Positions 57,073 to 64,000 of a stretch of 64,000 nucleotides of DNA are shown here, in pieces. The DNA is taken from positions 15,960 through 79,959 of the forward strand of contig CBFGJT010000004.1 in the NCBI GenBank assembly GCA_965649165.1, read 5' to 3'. How positions within the stretch are numbered: position 1 is the stretch's first letter; every line of letters begins with the position of its first letter. Made by a program: the position numbers and the translations under genes. The notes under the pieces are model-generated. The model was not told where the DNA came from, did no database searches, and was given only the letters and a program-made list of their open reading frames with translations. Source of the DNA: a candidate division WOR-3 bacterium (GTDB lineage: Bacteria > Hydrothermota > Tepidihabitantia > Tepidihabitantales > Tepidihabitantaceae).

Positions 57073-59553
57073 ATGGCAAAGAAGTACCATCCACAGAAAG
57101 TTTCACCGTCTAAGAAAACACCCGCGGGAGGTGCGGACCGGAACCGCTCTGGGCTGGTCCCGGAAAACCGGCTGCACCGTTATGCGGTCGTCCTCCTTTT
57201 TATGCTGCCGCTGGTCTTTTTCGGCAGATTTCTCTTCGGCACGGTGATGATGTTTGGCACCGATTTCATTGGCGGTGGTGGCTATGCCGCTCACCAGTTT
57301 ATGGCCGATTACATCCGGAAACATCTAACCGTAGCCTTCTGGCAGCCCCAGATTCTCTCGGGCCAACCCACCGTTGCCGCCTTTTTCGGAGACCTGTTCT
57401 ATCCCACGATGCTGCTGCGGCTCTTTCTGCCAGTCCATGTGGTCTGGGCTTGGACCTTCTTTCTCCAGACCTTCATTGCCGGACTTGGCACCTACCTGTT
57501 TCTGAGGGAATTGAAACTGCACACCCTTGCCGCCTTCCTTGCCGGTGTTGCCTATATGTTCTCCGGTTCACTGCTCACCCTTGCCTTTGCCGGTCATGAC
57601 GGGAGACTGATCGGCTCCTCACTAATGCCGCTGGCGCTCTTTTTCATCACCCGGGGCATCGACCGGCGCCAGCTTATTTGGTTCACCCTCACTGGCACAA
57701 CCCTCGGCCTGCAGCTCCTTTCCGGTCATATCCAGAAAGTCTACTACACCGGCCTGATCCTTTTCGCCTGGTTTCTCTTCTGTCTCCTCCACACCCTGCA
57801 CAAGGAACGCGAGGCTAAAACCGGCATCCGCCTCGCAGGCTACTTTATCCTGTCACTTCTCTTTGCCTTCGGGCTGGCAGCAATTCAGTATCTGCCGATC
57901 TACGGCAACCTGCCTTATGGTGCCCGGGGTGCCGAACGGGGTTATGAATTTGCCACCTCCTGGTCAATGCCGATTACCGAGATTTTTGACCTGCTCACCC
58001 CCCGCTTCTCGGGTGGACTGGAAAACTACTGGGGCAAAAACCCGTTCAAACTGCACAGTGAATATCTGGGCATCCTGCCTCTGCTTTTTGCCCTGCTCGG
58101 ACTGGTCCGCACCTGGAAAAATCCCCGCACCCGCTTCTTCTTTTTCACCTTCACCATCGCCCTGCTTATGGCATGGGGAGGCAACACCCCATTTTACCGT
58201 CTGCCCTACCATCTCCTGCCCGGGTTGAGCAAATTCCGCGGTCCGGGCATGATCTTCTTTCTCGCCGGCTTTTCCATCTGTGTCCTTGCCGGCCTCGGAA
58301 TTGACTGGCTAATTGACCGTGAGCATTCTAAGGAAAGAAAAAAGGACCTTCGCCTGCTCATTTATGCTGCTGCCGCTTTGCTTTTACTCCTGCTCTTCTT
58401 CCTGGTCGGTCGGAATGCTGCTACTGCCCTCCTCAACCCCGGTACCCGGCTTGCTCAGTTTGAAACCAACTATCCGGCACTCCTCACCGGACTGGTCCTG
58501 GCACTTCTGGTCTGGCTCGTCGGCACCGGACTGGTCGTTCTGTTCACCCGGAACCGGCTCCAACCCCAACTGTTTACCCTGCTCACTGCGCTTGTAATGA
58601 CCATAGACATCGGAATCGCACTCCGGCTTTGGGACAACAACCGTGGCTACATCCGCGCCATGCCGCCACCGCAGGAATACTTTACCCCGGATGAGGTGGT
58701 CCGCTTTTTGAGTCGTGACTCCTCCTACTTCCGGGTTCTGCCTTTGAATTACGAACGTTCTGATGAAGGCGAACTCTGGCTCCATAATATCCATTCTACG
58801 GGCGGACAGATGCCCAATCCGCTTCAGAGCTATCAGGACTTCATCGGTGCAGGCAAAAGTGTTATGTTTCAGGCTAACAACCTCCTCAACCCCAACTTCA
58901 TGAACCTGCTTAATGTCAAATATGTGATTACCCTCAACCTGCCCGAAGACCTGTCCCGCTATGATACCCAGACCCGGCAGATTATCAGCCAGCTGAAAAC
59001 CTATTTCAGTCAGTCCTGGTTCCAGCCGGTCTTTACCGGGACCCGCTATGCGGTCTACCAGAACCTCCACTGTCTGCCCCGGGCATTTATTGCCTTTAAT
59101 TATGAATTGGTAAATAACAAGGAGGGACTCCTTGCCCGGCTGATGGATTCGGAATTTGATCCGGCGCACACCGCGCTACTCTATACTGACCCGGGTCTGC
59201 CACCGGTAACCAGTTCCGACACCGCCGCCCGCTGCACCATCACCTTCTACGATCCGAATATCATCCGCCTTCAGGCGCAGCTCAGCCAGCCCGGACTCCT
59301 GATTTTGAGCGAAAACTACCATCCTGACTGGCGGGTCCGCGTTGACGGCAACCCCGCAACCCTGCTGCCGGCGTTTCACACCCTGCGTGCTATCCCGCTT
59401 TCCCAAGGTAAGCACCAGATTGAACTTACCCACACTCCGCGTTATTTCAGACTGGGCTTCCTTCTGACCATCGTCTCCATGATGTTGCTCGTTGTGATCG
59501 GTGGCATCTCCGTTATAGCACACCGGAAAAAGGCAACACCCACCAGTGACTGA
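57073..59553 (+). CDS. YfhO-family polytopic membrane protein (putative membrane glycosyltransferase)
   Basis: 826 aa with more than 12 TM helices, then a large C-terminal extracytoplasmic domain and a final TM segment, as in YfhO proteins. Confidence 0.5.
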   Translation: MAKKYHPQKVSPSKKTPAGGADRNRSGLVPENRLHRYAVVLLFMLPLVFFGRFLFGTVMMFGTDFIGGGGYAAHQFMADYIRKHLTVAFWQPQILSGQPTVAAFFGDLFYPTMLLRLFLPVHVVWAWTFFLQTFIAGLGTYLFLRELKLHTLAAFLAGVAYMFSGSLLTLAFAGHDGRLIGSSLMPLALFFITRGIDRRQLIWFTLTGTTLGLQLLSGHIQKVYYTGLILFAWFLFCLLHTLHKEREAKTGIRLAGYFILSLLFAFGLAAIQYLPIYGNLPYGARGAERGYEFATSWSMPITEIFDLLTPRFSGGLENYWGKNPFKLHSEYLGILPLLFALLGLVRTWKNPRTRFFFFTFTIALLMAWGGNTPFYRLPYHLLPGLSKFRGPGMIFFLAGFSICVLAGLGIDWLIDREHSKERKKDLRLLIYAAAALLLLLLFFLVGRNAATALLNPGTRLAQFETNYPALLTGLVLALLVWLVGTGLVVLFTRNRLQPQLFTLLTALVMTIDIGIALRLWDNNRGYIRAMPPPQEYFTPDEVVRFLSRDSSYFRVLPLNYERSDEGELWLHNIHSTGGQMPNPLQSYQDFIGAGKSVMFQANNLLNPNFMNLLNVKYVITLNLPEDLSRYDTQTRQIISQLKTYFSQSWFQPVFTGTRYAVYQNLHCLPRAFIAFNYELVNNKEGLLARLMDSEFDPAHTALLYTDPGLPPVTSSDTAARCTITFYDPNIIRLQAQLSQPGLLILSENYHPDWRVRVDGNPATLLPAFHTLRAIPLSQGKHQIELTHTPRYFRLGFLLTIVSMMLLVVIGGISVIAHRKKATPTSD

Positions 59554-61078
59554 ACTGAATACCCTTCCTCCTACCCGTCGTGATTATCAGCTCGCCCTGC
59601 TCTTCTTTGCACTGATACTGACCGCCAATCTCATCCGACTGAATTACTGGAGTCCGCTTCCGGATGAAATCAACTATGCCCGCTGCGCCCGCTCGCTGAT
59701 TGAGAACAGGACCATCATCAGCAGTGATATCATGTTCTTTCCCCCGCTATTTGTTTACCTGTCTGCTCTGCTTCAGTTGCTGGGAACGGAACTGCTGACC
59801 TCGGTCCGGCTGATCTCCGCCCTCACCGGAGCGGCAATTCTGCCGGTCCTGTATCTCACCGCTCGGCTTTTTTATCCTCCGGCAACCGCACTGCCGACAT
59901 TACTTCTAACCCTGCCCCTGTTCAGCCTCCGCCTCTACAGCCGGCTGGGTCAGGTGGAAATAACGATGCTGTTCTTCATCATCCTCAGCATCCTTTTTTT
60001 GCTCCGTGCGCTGCGCAGCGGTAAAGGCTTCGACGTCATCAGCGCCGGACTGACACTCGGACTGGGGCTCTGGACTAAGGAGACATCCCTCGGCGCCACA
60101 GCGGTGTCGGTGATCTTCATGCTCACATCATACCAGTCACGTTGGCAGATGCTGGGCAAATTTCTGCTCGGACTTGCGCCACCAGCACTGCTCCTTTCCA
60201 TCCTCAGCATCTGCACCGGCCGGAATCTGCTTTTTGAGATCATGGCAAGTCGCGGTTATGACATCAATATGCTGCAGCTGGACCCGCTCGGCAACCTCAT
60301 CGCCCTGGGCGCCAATCTGGGCTATAACCTTGTCCCCCGCCTGTTTTACCCCTGGGAGATAATAATTTTCATTTTCCTGGTACCGGCAGCATTCATCCTT
60401 CTGCTGACTACACTCATAAAAGGGGTAAAGGACAAAAACCCGTTCACCCGGCTGGTACTGATCTATTTAATCGTTCATCTGCCCTTTTTCTTTCTTTTCT
60501 CGCGGAAGTTCGACTATTATCTCCTGCCCGCTGCCCTGCTGGTGCTTTTTAACATCGGGCTGACGGTGCTAGCATCCGACACTGGACGGACCCTGCGCCG
60601 TACCGGGGTGTGCCTCCTGACTCTGCTCGCTATCGTTAATCTCTATTCCGATTACTTTCTCTATTGCAACCGCGGCACCCACGCCTCATTTGAGGAAGCT
60701 GTAAAACAGCTTGAACCTAATACCACCATCGCCACCTCGCACTCCACGCTGGTAGAATACCTCGCCCACCGTTCCGGCACGCAACTTCAAGTTCGGGAAC
60801 TGTTTGAACCCGGCACCTACCGGCTCCATTCCGGAATACTGGATGACAGCACAATTGGGACCATTCTGCTCAAGTACTATTACTATCAGCGACTGACCAG
60901 CCTTTATCCGCAGGACTGGGAACGGCTGCAGGGCCTCTTCCCAAGGAAAATGGAATTGATTGATTACAACTGGAGCCTCCCTTCCCGCCATTTCCCAATC
61001 AAACTGAAGGGACTTAACGAGCTTGCCAAACCGATTGGCGTGGTGATATTAAAAACCCATTACCGGCGTCCGGATTAA
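59546..61078 (+). CDS. GT-C membrane glycosyltransferase, ArnT/PMT (GT39/GT83-like) family
   Basis: 510 aa, multi-TM, with the N-terminal loop …SPLPDEINYARCARSL…. Its start overlaps the YfhO stop. Confidence 0.5.
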   Translation: MTELNTLPPTRRDYQLALLFFALILTANLIRLNYWSPLPDEINYARCARSLIENRTIISSDIMFFPPLFVYLSALLQLLGTELLTSVRLISALTGAAILPVLYLTARLFYPPATALPTLLLTLPLFSLRLYSRLGQVEITMLFFIILSILFLLRALRSGKGFDVISAGLTLGLGLWTKETSLGATAVSVIFMLTSYQSRWQMLGKFLLGLAPPALLLSILSICTGRNLLFEIMASRGYDINMLQLDPLGNLIALGANLGYNLVPRLFYPWEIIIFIFLVPAAFILLLTTLIKGVKDKNPFTRLVLIYLIVHLPFFFLFSRKFDYYLLPAALLVLFNIGLTVLASDTGRTLRRTGVCLLTLLAIVNLYSDYFLYCNRGTHASFEEAVKQLEPNTTIATSHSTLVEYLAHRSGTQLQVRELFEPGTYRLHSGILDDSTIGTILLKYYYYQRLTSLYPQDWERLQGLFPRKMELIDYNWSLPSRHFPIKLKGLNELAKPIGVVILKTHYRRPD

Positions 61079-61149
61079 TCTTGCCTCAGTTATATATAAA
61101 CGGGAAACCAGTTTTTTGACAATCACCGCTGTATTGCTAAAATTTTACT

Positions 61150-61926
61150 GTGATCCGCAGCTGTAGGTGGAGCGTGCTCGGGGTTCTGCTTATCATATTA
61201 ACCCCAGGCCGATCGCAGCTGAACCTCAGGCAGAACATCACCGACCGCCCGCTTCTTCGGCTGGAAATTGCTCCGGATCAGAACGACCAGCTGCAAACCG
61301 GCGAAAAAAAGAACTACCGCTTCTTTGTTAATCTGTCGGGGGATTCCGGTTCAATTGTTGAAATTCTGCCGCCTTTTTTGCCTGCCGGCTGGACCGGCCA
61401 GTTATACGATTCGGCAAACGCCTTGCTACTGACTGACGATGACCGGGACGGCATCCCCGAACTCGGGTTTGTCAGTCCGGACCGACCGCACTATTTCACG
61501 CTCCAGATTGGAACTCCGACTGACTTGATCGGCGACACCGGAAACCTGGATAGCGCCGTAGTAGTCATTACCGCATTTCTTGATAACGACAGCCTTGTCC
61601 GGGACAGTGCCCGGTTGAATATCAGACTTATTCCGGGATTACTGATTCACAACTTCCCCAATCCTCTTGACAACCGGACCACATTTGTCATCGGTATCCC
61701 GGATAATGGCGAAGTTAGTCTGTTCATCTTCAATCGCGCTGGCGAACGCATCGCTACTATTCTGCAGCACGAACCCCTTACTGCCGGTGTCCATCCGGTC
61801 AGCTGGAACACACGGAATGACCGCAACCAGCCGGTTGCTTCCGGAACTTATGATTACCTTTTAGAATGGAAACAGGGAGAAAGGATTCACCGGATAAAGA
61901 AAAAACTGGTGGTCAACCGCCGATGA
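61150..61926 (+). CDS. Secreted protein with a T9SS C-terminal sorting domain
   Basis: C-terminus …IHNFPNPLDNRTTFVIGIPDNGEVSLFIFNRAGERIATIL…SGTYDYLLEWKQ…. Confidence 0.55.
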   Translation: MIRSCRWSVLGVLLIILTPGRSQLNLRQNITDRPLLRLEIAPDQNDQLQTGEKKNYRFFVNLSGDSGSIVEILPPFLPAGWTGQLYDSANALLLTDDDRDGIPELGFVSPDRPHYFTLQIGTPTDLIGDTGNLDSAVVVITAFLDNDSLVRDSARLNIRLIPGLLIHNFPNPLDNRTTFVIGIPDNGEVSLFIFNRAGERIATILQHEPLTAGVHPVSWNTRNDRNQPVASGTYDYLLEWKQGERIHRIKKKLVVNRR

Positions 61927-63314
61927 GCATATTGCTGTTAGTGGCACTCTCCCTCTTTACCGATGCAGGCCCCGGAACTTCGGTCTTACCGCTGCTCAAA
62001 CTGGCAGAAGGCCCGCGTGGTGCCGCGCTGGGAGAAGCGCTGACCGCAACTGTCGATGATGCCACCGCTCTTTACTGGAACTGCGGCCGGCTGGGGAAAA
62101 TCAGAGATTATGCCCTGTCTTTTTCTCATCAGATCTGGTATAATGGCACCAACGATGAACTTTTGCATTTTGCCCTACCGGCAAATCGGGGTGTCTTCGG
62201 ATTCAGTCTGATCTATTCCGCGACGCCCGGGATCGAATTCTGGAACGAACAGAACCAGCCCGGAGACACCTTTAGTACCTGGAACGGTATCCTTGCGCTC
62301 GGCTACGGAGTGCCGGTCGCAGAAAAATATTATCTCGGTGCCGCACTGAAGGGATGTTATGAACATCTTTATACTGGTTACGGCTATGGCACCGCTTTCG
62401 ATATCGGCTTCGCTGCCGAACCTTTTGAGTTCCTCAAAACTGGGCTGGCGTTGCGCAATCTGGGCTTAATGAAGTACAGCCAACTGGAAACCCTGCCTGC
62501 CGAGCTCGTCCTCGGACTTGCCTGGACTACCCGCAGATTACGACTGCTTCTTGACGGCGTTTACCCTTATGACCGGCAGTTCCATCTCCGGATGGGGATC
62601 GAGTATCAGCCGATTGCTGAAATGAGCCTGCGTGCCGGCTACCGGACCGGTCCTCAGGACCTCAATGAGCTCGGGGCATTCAGCGGGCTGACCATGGGCA
62701 TCGGTATCAATCTTGCAAACCTTGCGCTTGACTATTCACTCTCAGGCTATAGTAAACTGGGCACAGTTCACCGACTTGGTATTCGACTTAACCTTCCGCA
62801 CTACGGTCATGGCGCTCTGCGCATCCGGGTAATTGACGCCATGACCCGTGAACGTATCTGGTCCAGTATCAAACTTTTGGGTGTCCGGGAATTCATTGGC
62901 GAAACTAACCGAGCCGGAGAACTGTTGATCACCGGACTTGTGCCCGGACGCCTAATCATTCACACCTTCAGCGAAGGCTACCTGCCCCGCACCGATACAA
63001 TGTTCATTCTCGGTGACCGAGAGCAATCAGCGGTTATTGCCCTCCAGCCGGTTCGCTACTCTACGGTTACCGGCACTATCTATGATGCGATAGCGAAAAA
63101 ACCTGTGTCCGGAACTGTCATCTATAAAGGTGCAGTGTATGGAGAGCAGGAGACCGACCCTGATCTCGGAATGTATACAATCAAAAATCTCCCCAGCGGC
63201 AGGTACATAATATCAGTCCGGGCACCAGCACCTTATATCCCCCAGTCCTGTACCCTTGACTTACCGCCCGGACAACTTATTCAGCAGGATTTTTATCTTG
63301 AGCGGCGTCAATGA
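61923..63314 (+). CDS. PorV/PorQ-like outer-membrane beta-barrel of the T9SS, with a C-terminal carboxypeptidase-regulatory-like beta-sandwich domain. The start is ATGA-coupled to the upstream stop.
   Basis: The N-terminal motif …GPRGAALGEALTATVDDATALYWNCGRLG… resembles the PorV/FadL-like family. The C-terminus contains …VSGTVIYKGAVYGEQ…YTIKNLPSGRYIISV…. Confidence 0.45.
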   Translation: MSILLLVALSLFTDAGPGTSVLPLLKLAEGPRGAALGEALTATVDDATALYWNCGRLGKIRDYALSFSHQIWYNGTNDELLHFALPANRGVFGFSLIYSATPGIEFWNEQNQPGDTFSTWNGILALGYGVPVAEKYYLGAALKGCYEHLYTGYGYGTAFDIGFAAEPFEFLKTGLALRNLGLMKYSQLETLPAELVLGLAWTTRRLRLLLDGVYPYDRQFHLRMGIEYQPIAEMSLRAGYRTGPQDLNELGAFSGLTMGIGINLANLALDYSLSGYSKLGTVHRLGIRLNLPHYGHGALRIRVIDAMTRERIWSSIKLLGVREFIGETNRAGELLITGLVPGRLIIHTFSEGYLPRTDTMFILGDREQSAVIALQPVRYSTVTGTIYDAIAKKPVSGTVIYKGAVYGEQETDPDLGMYTIKNLPSGRYIISVRAPAPYIPQSCTLDLPPGQLIQQDFYLERRQ

Positions 63315-63332
63315 GACAGTCTGAGGCTCGTG

Positions 63333-64000
63333 CTAATCTTGGACTAGCAGCACCTTGCTAACTTCCACCCGATTATTAACCGGTCTGACGAAATAAACCC
63401 CAGCTGACACCAGTCTGCCCTGCCGGTCTCTTCCGTCCCAGCGGGAATCACTACCCCTCAGCTCCCGCACCAGTCTGCCTTGAAGGTCATAAATCCGGAC
63501 GCCATCAGCACCTGTAACGGTCATCACAGTTCCCAGTCGGCAGGGATTGGGATAAACCGCCAACCCTCGCTTAAACCCGACCCCCTGTGCCTCCTGAATG
63601 CCCAGAATTCTGGCAAGCAGCCGTTCCGCCCACCAACACCGCAGTGCCAGCTCGGTTGTATCTCTGCCCTGTGGACCCTGCCCCTGAGCACCGTAGGGTG
63701 AGGCGATTACCGCAAAGTAAAAAGTTACCTCGCCGCCTGCCGGAAGATCTATAGGTCCGACTGCCAGCAATGCCCGTTTATCTCCCGGCTCAGAATCAAG
63801 GGAATCATAAGGCTCATACTCGCCCGTTCGGTAATTATAGCCTTTAAGCGTCAGATACTGATCCGCATCCCGCACCGGATCAATCTCAATTGAAAACCGC
63901 TTGAATGCGCTCAAGTTAAGGCCATTGGGCGCCATTAATAGCCGGACCGCTACTGCGCCCGGAGTTCCCGAATCCCAGACCGAACTGGGTGTCTCAATAT
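63333..64000 (-). CDS. Secreted protein with a T9SS C-terminal sorting domain; the N-terminus lies beyond the window's 3' edge
   Basis: C-terminus …LAVYPNPCRLGTVMTVTGADGVRIYDLQGRLV…GVYFVRPVNNRVEVSKVLLVQD. The reading frame stays open to position 64000. Confidence 0.55.
   Translation of the reverse strand, partial: IETPSSVWDSGTPGAVAVRLLMAPNGLNLSAFKRFSIEIDPVRDADQYLTLKGYNYRTGEYEPYDSLDSEPGDKRALLAVGPIDLPAGGEVTFYFAVIASPYGAQGQGPQGRDTTELALRCWWAERLLARILGIQEAQGVGFKRGLAVYPNPCRLGTVMTVTGADGVRIYDLQGRLVRELRGSDSRWDGRDRQGRLVSAGVYFVRPVNNRVEVSKVLLVQD

Noticed and set aside
1-64000. Search for CRISPR arrays, tandem repeats, transposases, integrases and phage blocks
   Set aside because: No regularly spaced direct repeats, no IS-like inverted repeats flanking transposase-like ORFs, and no integrase or recombinase motifs were seen. 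The only phage-flavoured element is the fragmented tail-fiber-like repeat gene, which is isolated.

Overview
This 64 kb window is gene-dense, about 57% GC, and reads as chromosomal rather than accessory DNA. The lineage is probably an uncultivated Gram-negative of the FCB-group type, because it encodes many proteins with a type IX secretion (T9SS) C-terminal sorting domain, a PorV-like channel and a C25 (gingipain-family) peptidase. Unlike Bacteroidota it uses strong Shine-Dalgarno sites (AGGAGG), frequent TTG/GTG starts and stop/start overlaps (ATGA, TAATG, GTGA). Main contents, in order: (i) two tandem phosphate-uptake operons on the minus strand, pstS-pstC-pstA-pstB-pstB followed by porin-pstS-pstC-pstA-pstB, with no phoU in the window; (ii) a secreted-redox locus holding a lipoprotein gene with an in-frame TGA inside a U-x-x-C motif, translationally coupled to a TlpA-like thioredoxin, plus an outer-membrane-like protein and a small hydrophobic peptide; (iii) a 4Fe-4S membrane protein, lipA and an MFS transporter; (iv) a paralog of the TGA-containing gene carrying a T9SS C-terminal domain; (v) a split B12-dependent acyl-CoA mutase operon (fmdB-cvpA-cobO-meaB-mcmA-mcmB plus a PurH-like AICAR-transformylase-domain protein); (vi) two clusters of membrane glycosyltransferases (GT2, GT4, GT39, YfhO, DUF2723/TMEM260-like, a polyprenyl glycosylphosphotransferase and a flippase-like protein); (vii) housekeeping genes valS, accC, pilT, rimO, speB, rpsT and tRNA-Phe. 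The key observation is two paralogous secreted proteins that each carry an in-frame TGA at the homologous codon (…RIVLVELFSTPIDE-TGA-AYCASAVRALD… and …RIVVLEEAYSEG-TGA-ASCAPASRAVD…). Homology continues on both sides of the TGA, a GC-rich hairpin follows each TGA 9 to 13 nt downstream, and TGA terminates other genes here. Together this marks a candidate new family of secreted U-x-x-C selenoproteins, one exported by T9SS and one coupled to a thioredoxin. No CRISPR array, transposase or integrase was seen.
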